Shown: positions 33,944 to 45,689, counted from the first letter of the whole stretch. The stretch is DNA of 63,301 bases, filler included, from Stramenopiles sp. TOSAG23-2 (GCA_900128395.1; 19 parts of 19 records of this genome joined end to end with filler, not necessarily neighbours in it), one strand, 5' to 3'. The notes: generated from the letters alone by a model not told the origin. A program made the numbers and translations.

Positions 33944-36022
33944 CTATTTTATGGATTCTGGACAATCCCCTCCATCAAATTCACATTTTTCTGAGTCGCA
34001 GGAAGGTTCACAAGATCCATTTCCTGGCCCTAATATACTAAAGCAATATTGTGAACATATTTCTTCACAATTTAAACTTTTATAATCTCGATTGCAAATG
34101 GGATTGCCAGCAAAATAATTTTCCATCTTCCTTCTTTCTATAATAGCGTGCAGTTTTGCATCAACCGTAGATATATTATTATCACGGGCATCAATATAAT
34201 CCAAACTGTTGAAACCTGCGAGATAAGTTGGAAGATCAATGATTTCACAACGCGCAATGCCAAGATAAAGAAGACTAGAAGATAATGTTTCAAAATTTTC
34301 CGTAAATGATAGAATCTTATTTCCATTAAGATACAAAAAATAGAGTGACGGAAACTCTTCAAAACCAAAGTTTAAATCTATTTCAACGCTGTTATTGCTA
34401 AGACCAAGATAATTTAAATTTGGCAAAGAAATCGTTCTTGGAAATTCCATACCCTTGTTGTTACCAATACTCAAGGCTACTAAATTTGGATGAGACCATA
34501 GTCCAGCATTGTATTCTGTAATGTTGTTAAATGATACATCTACTAAAGTCAAATCCTTCCATTGCGTTACATCAATATTAAAAGATCGAAGTTTATTAAA
34601 ACTTGTGTCAAATATCCCAACCTTTGCTAATCTTTCCATATCCTCTGGCAACACATTCAATGGACCATCACGAATCTTTATCTTCTTTAACGACGTTAAA
34701 TTGACAAATTGATCCGGGAGACTTGTCATATTATGACCTTCAATATCAATAGATGCACAATCACATGATCCAACAAATAAATCTTTACAAAATGGAACTT
34801 GAATTTTACAACCACGATTCCATATATCATCACCAAATTCTTCTAAACATTTTTGTGAAACAGAATCACTTTGAGATAAATGTACAACCACGACAATGCT
34901 TAAAAAAATCACATTCATCATACTAATAATCAATACTAACCACTTTGCTTGTTTTGGAAAGTGTTTATTTTGTTTTTGTGCAACAATATTTTTACGTTCA
35001 CTACCAAAAATGCTATTTCGTCTACGATTGTATGCTTTTGCAACTTCACGTTGCCTGCTAATAACCGTTTTATCAGTATTTCGAAAAATATTTTCCATCA
35101 TAATCCGTCTTAATTTTCCAAATAAAGACGTACTTGGCATCAAAGTCATCCAGATAATTTCGTTTAATTGGACATGTAACTTATAAACAAATCGTATTAA
35201 TAAAAGTGGCACAGCAATGAAGATTATATCTAATAAAATATCGATACCAATTTGCTTATTTCGATTAGCGACTGATATTCGATTCGTACCTGATCCTTTC
35301 AAAGTGCAATACATTGAATATGCTCTATATAACGACTCACTAATTAATATAAAACAAAATGTAGACGAAACAACCACTGGCATTGAACAAGCATAAATGT
35401 GTATTAAGTTACGAATTTGAATAGAAATTTCGACGAATTCAAAGAAATACAGTCTCCAAAAATATAAAGTTCCATCTATACCACAAGTGTTTTGATATGA
35501 TTTGTATAACTGCATAGGTCCTTTATTAACATTCGATCTATTTGATTGATGATGGCGTCGTATCCATGATGATGCAAGTTTTTTCCATCGAAGTGAAAGC
35601 CACAGAAAAAGCAAGAGAAAGACTATGAACAATAGCAAGAATACCCATAAACCTTGCCCAATTCTTCCAATTTTAGCAAATGGCTTACCGTAAGTACTTG
35701 AATAACTATAGAAAATGGTAAAGTGACCAATTGATGTTAAAAGAATCAAAAACATTATGGCTACACCACGCCATCGTATTACCGTTCTACATGTAAGCTC
35801 TGACTTCAAGATTTGTTGGACTGTATCAACACGTCTCAGTTGCTTTCTTTCTGCATTTCGACTTTGTGATGTGTTATTATTGTTTTCAGCGCTAACAACA
35901 GCACCTATTTCTATACCTGAGACTGATAGATTTGGCTTGCTTAATGTTGTTGAGTGTTCGTTTTCTGCATTTGGACTTTGTGATGAATCATTCATTTTCC
36001 AATTCGATTTTAAGCGATGCAC
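33944..36022 (-). CDS. Multi-pass membrane protein with C-terminal leucine-rich repeats and an LNR/Notch-like module
   Basis: About 6-7 hydrophobic segments, then LRRs (LPDQFVNLTSLKKIKI, LTLVDVSFNNI, LNYLGLSNN, LYFLYLNGNKI, LDYIDARDNNI, FAGNPIC) and GNGSCEPSCDSEKCEFDGGDC. Confidence 0.82.
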   Translation of the reverse strand: MHRLKSNWKMNDSSQSPNAENEHSTTLSKPNLSVSGIEIGAVVSAENNNNTSQSRNAERKQLRRVDTVQQILKSELTCRTVIRWRGVAIMFLILLTSIGHFTIFYSYSSTYGKPFAKIGRIGQGLWVFLLLFIVFLLLFLWLSLRWKKLASSWIRRHHQSNRSNVNKGPMQLYKSYQNTCGIDGTLYFWRLYFFEFVEISIQIRNLIHIYACSMPVVVSSTFCFILISESLYRAYSMYCTLKGSGTNRISVANRNKQIGIDILLDIIFIAVPLLLIRFVYKLHVQLNEIIWMTLMPSTSLFGKLRRIMMENIFRNTDKTVISRQREVAKAYNRRRNSIFGSERKNIVAQKQNKHFPKQAKWLVLIISMMNVIFLSIVVVVHLSQSDSVSQKCLEEFGDDIWNRGCKIQVPFCKDLFVGSCDCASIDIEGHNMTSLPDQFVNLTSLKKIKIRDGPLNVLPEDMERLAKVGIFDTSFNKLRSFNIDVTQWKDLTLVDVSFNNITEYNAGLWSHPNLVALSIGNNKGMEFPRTISLPNLNYLGLSNNSVEIDLNFGFEEFPSLYFLYLNGNKILSFTENFETLSSSLLYLGIARCEIIDLPTYLAGFNSLDYIDARDNNISTVDAKLHAIIERRKMENYFAGNPICNRDYKSLNCEEICSQYCFSILGPGNGSCEPSCDSEKCEFDGGDCPESIK

Positions 36023-36849
36023 ATTAGTTCAGGAATGCCAGGTTGGAAATATGAATATACGCGATGGTATATTTGGTATAGACAATTTGATGTATTACCG
36101 TGTTGTTGTTTTCTGATATTATTATTACAAAAAATACTGCACTTCCCCACTATATTTATTATCACCGTAGTAGCCTTTTTTTTACATATTATACCAGGTA
36201 GTACCTGTAATATTTAAACTAAAACTGCAACTGGATGAAGTTTGACATTAAATCTGTACTTTTTTTGCGGAAATTTGTTTTGTTTAGAAATTGTTAGAAA
36301 TTTTGGTAACCTGTGCACCCATAAATTCCTGTGTCAGCCTAGCGTGAAAAAATCCCAAAATACTGTCAATATTTTTTGGGTTTACGATAGGCGTACCATT
36401 ACCAGTGCCGATTTTACTGGGATGATGGAATGCCACAGAAGAATAAAAATAATTGAAATAATAACAACCCGGATTCCGGAGAAGACCATTCTAATAATTC
36501 CTGGAATTCCAGCTGTATACGAGTAAGCTCTATAATGTAAATAGAGATCTTCTCGCCATAAACAACCAACAACCACAAAAAGAAGTTGCAAAGTTGCCAA
36601 ACAACATAATAATTCCCTGCCCTGATGTGTACTACTGTAGGGGTTTCAAAGGAAATAAATTAAAGGAANNNNNNNNNNNNNNNNNNNNNNNNNNNNNNNN
36701 NNNNNNNNNNNNTTAATTAATTAANNNNNNNNNNNNNNNNNNNNNNNNNNNNNNNNNNNNNNNNNNNNCAGACAGAGGAACAATCTTTTGAATACTAAAT
36801 AATTTTTACTAAACTTTATAAATCATTTTTGATTTGAGATGTTAATGAT

Positions 36850-36909
36850 CGGGAGTAAAAGAATTCTATATAACATACGTATGAGTAAGAGAAAAACACA
36901 CACATATAT
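36850..36909 (+). repeat. Dispersed repeat (cgggagtaaaagaatt..atgagtaagagaaaaacaca), also at 43437-43488 and partially at 30206-30228 (-)
   Basis: Near-identical ~55-bp sequence in two contigs; the 14-bp core also occurs in a third. Confidence 0.75.
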
Positions 36910-37154
36910 ATATTTAAATTTTATAATATAAAAATATTTTAAAACTCTTTTACGAAAAATATAAAAAAGTGTAAAAAAAAAAAAAAGTTAGTACGTTGAT
37001 ACGTAAATACGTTTGTACCATGTACTCTTAACGCCTTTTTTTTTGTACAAAAAAAATTGTACTCTAAATATTGTTATTATTACGTCTGTGTCAATAACTT
37101 TTATTTTTTTGTTTTTCAATAACAACTTTAAATATGTTTGCTTCGTATTTAATG

Positions 37155-39476
37155 CTAGTGCTCATGGTGTATTCTAATTTTTTTACTTTTTGGATGAGGC
37201 ACTTTTTTAGTCTTATCAACTTGATCCATAAGAAACTCCATTTGCTCTTGCATTGAATCAACTGCCATTGCCAATTGACGCACAATTGGAATATCAACAT
37301 GGGAGGTAATATCCATTTTTTCACCTTTTTCGTCTTTTGAGAGATCGTCATATAACGTAAGAACCTCTGCTGCGTTTTCAGGAGTCATATCTATTGAAAC
37401 AAGATCGTTAAATGATAAATATATTTCTTTACTATTCATACTATCTTTTCGTCTTTGATCCATATCACTTAATTGTTCGTAATGAGCCATTAGGTTTTTA
37501 CCAAACTTGCGCTTGAAAACTTTCGCTGGATTCAATTTTTTTACTTCTTGCAATTCCATTTCTATATCTTTAACTTTATTATTCTGATTTGTTGCCATGA
37601 AATCCGTTACTTTACTTAGGGACCTTTTAAGTCCGTGTGGCTGTGCTTTATCAGGTTCTGGCGATATTTTCCCACTACCTTTTTGGTGTTTGTTTAATTG
37701 ACGAAGTAAAAGCATCTTCTTACACCTGCTAGTAAAACGTATAAATAATGACCGAAGACAATCATGTATAAAAAGAAGATCTTCATCATCTTCTGTTAAT
37801 ATAGATTGCTTAGCCTCTTCATAACCGTCAATAATGATAGCAATCATTAAGTTCAAGGTGATAAAGAAAACAGTAATAATATAAGTCATGAAATAAACTG
37901 GTGCCACGTCTGAATTGAATTCATTAATTTGGCCGTAGTCTAAATCTCCTAATAACGCTCTCAATAGCCATGAAACTGTTGAAGTGAACGTCGAAAAATC
38001 CCTAACTTGATTACCGAATATGATAAACCCGCAAGTACCGTAACCAATAATTAAAATGAAAAAAAACATCATTGTCGAACTTAAATCGTCCCTGGCGTTA
38101 TGAATAGCAATCCATATAATTTTAATCTTGCTGTTCATTTCTAAAAACTTGAAAGTCTTCAACCACCCCATGACCATACTAAAACCGACTAAATTCCTTT
38201 TCAATCTACCAATTTGACCAAGGCGATACCAATTTTCATATTCACTACTTGTTACATCACAAGTGTTCCATATTGACTCGAAATATACTTGTGCCAATAT
38301 GACACCAACCATCGCAACAATGGCAATGAATTCGATAGTGTTGAATAATGTTAAGTATTTCCCTGGCCCTTCTGCAATTAATTCTTTAATTTCGATAAAA
38401 AATAACCACATAATGAATAGAAATACATAAATTTCTAAAACTGCACGCGCTAACACGACCATATCTGACGTATCGTGTGGTGATCTAGGCCATGTATACG
38501 AGTAATAGTAAGAGGATATATAACCTTGTGGTAGAATTTCAATCGAAAATCTTGCCGCGGTTACCATATCAGTTGTTGGATTGTAAAAATTCGCATCCAG
38601 AACAACAACTCTGGTTGCCTCGTCAAGCCATCCATTTTCTTCCATAAATTTAAATTTCTCCGAAATGTTGACAGTTCCAATCTTTGGATCCATAATAGTA
38701 ACATATTGTTCTGAACCGTAGTCTACTGTATTTCCACTACCAAATGGAAAACCTTCTATTGGACTTAAACCGGTCTTATACTCCCCGTATATTGTTTGGT
38801 TCGAATCTTTGTCCTTATTTGTAGACGAGAAACCTGGATATGCCGCAAATTTTGTTCCGCGTATATCCTTTTCAATCTGTTTCGTACGCCCTTGTCTAAT
38901 TTGTAGTTGCTGCACAAAGTAATTTTGTCCTTGAACAGCAATCCCACCATTTTCACAACCGTCAGGAAATAATTTATCAGTAACAACATTATTTAACCAG
39001 ACGAATACTTCGTCTGTTTCACCAATAGTACTAAAACATCTTGGATCGTGAGTAGAAGTCAAAGGCTCGGTATCATCTCGCTCATTAAATGGCTCATTCA
39101 CAATTACATCCGTAATCGCAAAGTTTTGCGTGAACGCATGAAATGGTTTGTGTGAATGATAAATTACAAATGTGTAAATTAACATAAATACAAAGTAAAA
39201 GAAAAGTTGAGTATACAGCTGATCTTTTCTCCGTTGCCTCAAAACGTGTAAAATTACACGCAGTGGCATTGTTTTTTTCTTCGCTCCTTCTACCAGGTCC
39301 TTGTTACTTTTCTTTCTAGAAAACATACCGAATACAGACTTCCTTGCCTTTACCTTTTTTATTACTTTTGACACATCTTTTGACTTTTTATCTTGCACAA
39401 CTGGAACAGCATTCGCAGCAGCCTCTGCTGTACGCTCCCTGGCTTTCTTTTTGGCTGCGATTGCAGCAGTAGCCAT
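37155..39476 (-). CDS. PKD2: Polycystin-2 / TRPP-family cation channel
   Basis: TM1, then a TOP domain (LQIRQGR, GWLDEATRVVVLDANFYNP..RFSIEILPQG), five further TMs, WLKTFKFL, IFGNQVRDFSTF..LLRALLGDLDY, FFITLNLMIAIIIDGY. Confidence 0.9.
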   Translation of the reverse strand: MATAAIAAKKKARERTAEAAANAVPVVQDKKSKDVSKVIKKVKARKSVFGMFSRKKSNKDLVEGAKKKTMPLRVILHVLRQRRKDQLYTQLFFYFVFMLIYTFVIYHSHKPFHAFTQNFAITDVIVNEPFNERDDTEPLTSTHDPRCFSTIGETDEVFVWLNNVVTDKLFPDGCENGGIAVQGQNYFVQQLQIRQGRTKQIEKDIRGTKFAAYPGFSSTNKDKDSNQTIYGEYKTGLSPIEGFPFGSGNTVDYGSEQYVTIMDPKIGTVNISEKFKFMEENGWLDEATRVVVLDANFYNPTTDMVTAARFSIEILPQGYISSYYYSYTWPRSPHDTSDMVVLARAVLEIYVFLFIMWLFFIEIKELIAEGPGKYLTLFNTIEFIAIVAMVGVILAQVYFESIWNTCDVTSSEYENWYRLGQIGRLKRNLVGFSMVMGWLKTFKFLEMNSKIKIIWIAIHNARDDLSSTMMFFFILIIGYGTCGFIIFGNQVRDFSTFTSTVSWLLRALLGDLDYGQINEFNSDVAPVYFMTYIITVFFITLNLMIAIIIDGYEEAKQSILTEDDEDLLFIHDCLRSLFIRFTSRCKKMLLLRQLNKHQKGSGKISPEPDKAQPHGLKRSLSKVTDFMATNQNNKVKDIEMELQEVKKLNPAKVFKRKFGKNLMAHYEQLSDMDQRRKDSMNSKEIYLSFNDLVSIDMTPENAAEVLTLYDDLSKDEKGEKMDITSHVDIPIVRQLAMAVDSMQEQMEFLMDQVDKTKKVPHPKSKKIRIHHEH

Positions 39477-41273
39477 GATACAATATAACTATATCGTTTA
39501 TTCAATACACAATAAGTATAAAATTTAACAAGAAATACTCAATAACAGATCGTTAAATACTGCTTGTTGGCCACTCGTGATAAAAATGAATTCTTCTTAT
39601 GAACTGCCCAAAATGTTTTCTTTACAAGCTTTTGATTGTAAGAATTATTCATTCATTTAGATTTATTATAACCAGATTAGCAACTTTAACTTGCATTTTT
39701 TTGTTCTTTTTTTTTACACCACAATATAGTAGTTGCATATCTCCTGGTAACTCACATACTGGCATAATAATAAGCACATAACAAAAAATCCAAAAAAAAG
39801 AAACGAAAAAAACTGAAGTATTATACTACGCACTTAGTATTATAATGCAGAGAGTTGCAAATGTTAGTTAATACACCAAAAAAACAACTCCCAAAACGGA
39901 CATGCTATCTACTATTATAGACTAAATATTTACTAGTATTATACTCATACGCGTAAATTCAGTAAAGCTGGAAAGCTGCTAAATCTAATAAAGGGTTTCT
40001 ATNNNNNNNNNNNNNNNNNNNNNNNNNNNNNNNNNNNNNNNNNNNNTTAATTAATTAANNNNNNNNNNNNNNNNNNNNNNNNNNNNNNNNNNNNNNNNNN
40101 NNATGAAGTAAATATATATAAATAATTAGGCCTTACATTTCATGATGTACAACGTGCTTGATAAAAAAAATCTCAACACAGGGCTGGCGTTGAATAAATG
40201 ATATGTTCTTCTATTATATGTAAATATGGCCTGTGCAATTATTCAACGTCAACCTTGTGTTCAAAAAAAAGATATTGGCTATTTTTTATTTGTAAAATGC
40301 CCATCAGATACTAAATATATATATATATATTTTTATAATGGTCATTCATTATATATATTGATTGGACTGAATAAATATCAGCTGATGGTATGATATAAGT
40401 ATAACATTGGATAGGATGAAAATAGAATCAAGTATACAAAAATCCAAATCCACTCAATTTACACCTGTTTTGGGATTGTTTTTTTGAACGCAATTTAGGC
40501 TGACACAGGATTGAAAATACCTGATATTTGCACTGTTTGGATGGGATTTACAAGGCACACAGCACTAAATCTACGTCTCTGGGGGGACTAGGTAATATTA
40601 ACACTACTTGGTATAATATTTACCAAGCCGAACAGTTTAATAATATACAGTAAGACTATTACAAAAATCCCTATATGCTATTCCTGAAAAGTCTGTAATT
40701 AAGGTAAAACTAGCTTTCCGGCTTTCCCCCCAGATTTCACTCTAACTCTGTCCCACAAGCTTAAATAGCATATAATGATTTATATTATACGAATAGCATG
40801 GCGGGCATGGGTTTCCTGAGTATGAATTGTCATATTAAATGGTTTCACCGAATGAACAAAAAATATGAGTTAAATGTACTATGAGCTATAAGTGCAGTGC
40901 AGTATATACAGTAGAATACCATTATTGTTTCGTTACACCTTGTCGTCTAACTTTTGTGGTATTTAGTATGTCACACCATTATTGAAATTATACAACACCC
41001 TACATTTCACATATATATATATATGGAATATAATATAAATGATACAAGTTATTATTACGGTTATTATACATCGGATAAAGATTAATATATTAAGATAGAC
41101 AATTGTATTTTATATTATATGATACATATCATACATGTAAAGTATCAAATTATTTATATTTATATTACGTTATACAACACAAGACATACATTTATACATA
41201 CGTACATACACACACACACACACACACACGCACGCACGCACACACACATAATTAGCGCTATATATAAAGGATT

Positions 41274-42824
41274 ATGAGTAGTCAAAATAAGGGAAAAAAT
41301 GACAACAAAGGTGATGATGATAATGATGATACTAATAATAAAAAAGATAAAAAATTAGATGTAACGTATTATGTTACACGGTTGCGTACAACGACAAATT
41401 TTGAATTTGCATTTGCAATGCTCGGTATAATCCTGATGCTTGTACAATTAGAATTGAGTTGGCATTTAAATACAGCAGGATTTTTCCCGCTATGTAAATC
41501 AACTGATCCAGATTGGTGTGATCCAAGAGAGCAAGCGAAAGTTTTCCCATTGAAAAATGGCCAATTTATTATTAATATAGTTCGTGGAACAATTACCGCA
41601 ACGACGGCAGTAACATTGATTTACCATAATCGTTATTATAGCCTTTTATGTGATTTATTGAAACTTAGAAATTTAATCCCAGCTCACGCAACACTGTGGA
41701 AATCGCCTAGGTTATCATGGCCATACATATTTGAAACAGTTTTACTGTTGGTACATACATTTCCTGGGATCGATGATATAGACCAAAAAAATCCAACATT
41801 TATATTAGCTATTAATTTAGGTATGTTTTGTAGACTCTTTTTATTAGGACGAGCATTACGATATCATTCATCATTGAATACTAGCAATGGTAGATTCATA
41901 GGTGCATTAACAAATGTCGACTTTTCAACGTCTTTCATCTTAAAAACTGCATTAAAAGACAACCCAGTGAGATTTGTCACCATGACTTTTTTCGCATTAA
42001 TTGTAGTCTCAAGTTATAGTTTGCATGTAGTCGATAGCTATATGTGCGCAACATATGAGCAAATGAAATGTGAACCAATATCATTATTTGATTCAGCTTG
42101 GCTTTTGATTATTACTATTTTAACTGTCGGTTACGGTGATGTAGTCCCGTCAAGCAATGGCGGTCGTATTATAACAATTTTAGGTGGATTAATCGGTACT
42201 TTATTAACAGCAGTAACAATTGCATTAACAACCAGCTATTTAAAATTATCAAGAGCTGAACATAAGGTGGTGACATTTTTAAAAAAAGACTCCAACAGAA
42301 AATTAATACGAAATCAAGCAGTTGTATGCATCCAATCTGCATATAAATATTATGCTGCTAAACATAGTAAATTTCATCATCATAACATTGGTAGATATGA
42401 AAACCATTTGTTTGGGAATTTAAGGCGTTTTAGAGAATTGAAACGATATGTATTATCTCATGATGGAACCGATGCTACTGATAAGCAAATAACAATGTTA
42501 GAAACGATGGAGGTAAATATGGATGACATAAGAGGTAAATTAGAAGTTCTCGAGACATCGTTATTAAATGAAAAAGCAAGAGTTGATCAATTAAAATTAA
42601 ATAAAAATGGTGATGCCTATGATGATAGAATACAAGAAACAGAGAAGAAGATCGATGCACCAGCTCACCACGAGCCGGGATGGGCAAAGTCATTAGAAAA
42701 TATTTTAGACGATTCAACATCAAAAATTTTAGATTTACAAAAAGAAGTTTTTCAACTGTCAGAAGCAATTACACGTCATATTTCCGAAACAAATGCACGA
42801 TTAGATAAATTGGAAAAAAATTAA
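41274..42824 (+). CDS. Small-conductance Ca2+-activated K+ channel-like protein (SK/KCNN-type)
   Basis: FAMLGIILMLVQLEL; GMFCRLFLLGR; GRFIGALTNVDF..FILKT; DSAWLLIITILTVGYGDVVP..GGR; LKLSRAEHKV..QAVVCIQSAY (CaM-binding-domain-like); C-terminal coiled coil. Confidence 0.88.
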   Translation: MSSQNKGKNDNKGDDDNDDTNNKKDKKLDVTYYVTRLRTTTNFEFAFAMLGIILMLVQLELSWHLNTAGFFPLCKSTDPDWCDPREQAKVFPLKNGQFIINIVRGTITATTAVTLIYHNRYYSLLCDLLKLRNLIPAHATLWKSPRLSWPYIFETVLLLVHTFPGIDDIDQKNPTFILAINLGMFCRLFLLGRALRYHSSLNTSNGRFIGALTNVDFSTSFILKTALKDNPVRFVTMTFFALIVVSSYSLHVVDSYMCATYEQMKCEPISLFDSAWLLIITILTVGYGDVVPSSNGGRIITILGGLIGTLLTAVTIALTTSYLKLSRAEHKVVTFLKKDSNRKLIRNQAVVCIQSAYKYYAAKHSKFHHHNIGRYENHLFGNLRRFRELKRYVLSHDGTDATDKQITMLETMEVNMDDIRGKLEVLETSLLNEKARVDQLKLNKNGDAYDDRIQETEKKIDAPAHHEPGWAKSLENILDDSTSKILDLQKEVFQLSEAITRHISETNARLDKLEKN

Positions 42825-43795
42825 AAGTAAAAAAGAAGAACAAAAAAATATATAACGAGAAGTACTCCCGAAAGGACAAGACGGAATTAATCGAGATGAG
42901 GTAAAATTAGATATTTATCGAGACCTTTTTTAAAAGTATTAATATTTTTATATGCGTCTCGTATCATACACACTGGACTTCCCAGTGGTTAAATACGTAT
43001 CATATTTTTATAATATCATATATATCATAATTTTTAAAAAAATATAATGCAGATTGTGTAAATTCATATATGATATAAATCGTACGAAGCAAATTATAAT
43101 AAAGCAAAAAAAAATTACACCCTACAAACACACATACACACTTTCTCCCCATAGACACACATAATTACATCAAAAAATATACGCGAGTATAATATTAAAA
43201 AATACAAACTCCTTCATATGTGTATATGTCTGTATTTTATTTTTTAAAATGTTTTTACTTCGTTGTCTTCTTCAACCGGCTTTAATGCATAAGACAAAAC
43301 TGGAAACATATTTGATGGGAAATTTTTTTGTTTTTNNNNNNNNNNNNNNNNNNNNNNNNNNNNNNNNNNNNNNNNNNNNTTAATTAATTAANNNNNNNNN
43401 NNNNNNNNNNNNNNNNNNNNNNNNNNNNNNNNNNNACGGGAGTAAAAGAATTTTATATAACATATGAGTAAGAGAAAAACACATATATGTATATTAATTT
43501 ATATTAATATATGAGTAAGAGAACATTTTATATAATAATATGCATACTTGTGTGTAAGGCAAGTACAGTATGTAAATCATAGTCTAAAAAATCCTCATAA
43601 TGCTAGCTAGTATTTTGTTACTTTGGTCCCACCCAGCTTTTATATAATAGTTTTTTCTGATGCTCTGTCCATGGTATGTTCCGTTAGCATGCACACACCA
43701 TTGAAAACAATAGAATTATTATATATACTGTTTTTTCCACATTTCTATTACAGCTAAACATGTTTGTACGCAAGTACAATTATGGATAAAACATT

Positions 43796-43877
43796 GTCCG
43801 TTTGGCCGAGTGGTTAAGGCGGTAGACTAGAAATCTACTGGGCTCTGCCCGCGTAGGTTCAAATCCTGCAGCGGACG
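43796..43877 (+). tRNA. tRNA-Ser (anticodon AGA)
   Basis: Acceptor stem GTCCGTT/AGCGGAC, D arm GCCGAGTGGTTAAGGC, anticodon arm GTAGA-CTAGAAA-TCTAC, long variable arm, T arm GTAGG-TTCAAAT-CCTGC, discriminator G, then a T-run Pol III terminator. Confidence 0.95.
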
Positions 43878-44351
43878 TTTCTTTTTTTGTGCTAATCTGC
43901 GGTCACAGGATGGACAACGAAGTAAGTTTTTTCGGATATTTACCATTACTTTGAACCATTCTTTTTGTTTTAGATACCACATTCCGCAATTTCCTTAAAT
44001 AAAAGGCGAAGTTGATGTATATGCATAAGACAAATGATGTATTAATACTACCACGCGTATAGTATTCCAAACTGTGTACTGTATGTGGAGGAATAATAAT
44101 AATACTCATACAGTACTTATAAAAAATTTCCAAACTACAGGTACAGGTACTGTGTATGATGTGGAGGAATAAATACTCATACAAACTAAAACTCATATTA
44201 TATAAAAAATACCAGAATAATAATATAAATAGTGCCAGAGTGCAATAATAATATACAAAATAAAAAAACAATACATTCAAATACAATAATATATACACAA
44301 TAAAATACATTAACATCTACCTTTGTAAATTCAACCAAAAACCAAACCAAT

Positions 44352-45211
44352 ATGCAATATTTTATTGTAGCAATGTTAGTATTTATCATTGTATTATTAC
44401 AAATATCATTTGTCTTTCCTTTATTTCTTAATAATAATAATAATAGTAACCGAAATAAATTAAATATATTCAATGAAGAAAAAATAGATGTTTTCGTATC
44501 TATCAATGGTAATAATATAATGAAACAGCAGTATCCACCATGTTTCAGGCAACCTGTTTTATTTACACATAAAAATGTCATATTTGCATTTGCTACTGGG
44601 CGTAATAAAACTGGTACTTCTCCCTCACTATGCTCTGATCCAGGTGATGGTTCACCAAATTATATTGTATTAAAAACATCAATGGATTATGGGAATACAT
44701 TTTCAAAACTTCAAATTTTAGTTGCTGGAGCAGGTAATACTCAACCGGATTTTTATGTTGTATATTATAACAATTACGATGATTCCATACATGTTGTCTA
44801 TGAAACACCTTTGGGTGTATATGATATACATACAAAAGATTTTGGTATTAGATGGTCAAAGCCACAAGTATTAGTAATTGAATTTGATAAAAATATTTTT
44901 ACACGTGTAACACCATCAGTTGGAAAAGGAATTAGTATTATTATTCCTCCATCTCCAACATTATCATCATCAGTTTTATTATTATTACCATTTATTTGTT
45001 CAACGAAGAAACAAATAAAAGTTCGTGGCGATCAAGGTGCATGTCCACAATGCCATTCATGTATAATTCATCCAAAACATTTGAATTCAAGCTCATCATC
45101 ACCATGGGTTGTTGGAGCTGTAACAGAACATAATGGAAGAGAATCGCAAATTGTATCTTATAATAATAATGACAATAAATCAACAAGAACAACAACAAGT
45201 ACTACTATTAA

Positions 45212-45243
<32 letters not shown>

Positions 45244-45689
45244 TCTTTTCAACGCAAAGAAATATGGGTAAAAAACCTGGTCATCGTTTACAAGCATATT
45301 CCTATGACTTTGGAGATACGTATATAAATGAACAAGTATCAAATGTACCGGAACCAGCGACTTCAAATTGGACAGGCATTAAAAGTGGTTTAGTTGCAGC
45401 AGCGGCAGCAATAGCTAGTAACAATAAAGACAACAATAATAAATTCATACAACCAGTAATATTATATCAATCTCATCCAAATTCAACTACAAAAAGGGAA
45501 AATTTAGTCGTGAGTGTATCATATGATAATGGGAAAACGTGGAAAGTTGGTTCCATTCCTATATATCAAGGTTTAGCTGGTTATTCAGATATGTCACAAA
45601 TTAATAGTACACATATAGGTGTATTATATGAAAATGGTATTCATGGTTATGCCGATGTCATCAGTTTAACTAGATTTCGATTGGAGTGA
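44352..45689 (+). CDS. Sialidase/neuraminidase (GH33, BNR Asp-box) with signal anchor
   Basis: FRQP (FRIP-like); Asp boxes SMDYGNTF, TKDFGIRW, SYDFGDTY, SYDNGKTW; RENL; GYSDM..GVLYENG. Confidence 0.85.

Noticed and set aside
41205-41250. (CA)n/(TA)n/(GT)n microsatellites here and elsewhere (e.g. 3390-3415, 51930-51951)
   Set aside because: Ordinary simple repeats typical of this AT-rich genome.
3451-42824. An ion-channel gene cluster
   Set aside because: The channels are on different contigs joined artificially; there is no evidence of linkage.
43903-44316. 137-aa Tyr/Phe/Ile-rich ORF between the tRNA and the sialidase
   Set aside because: Composition reflects AT-rich non-coding DNA; no motifs.
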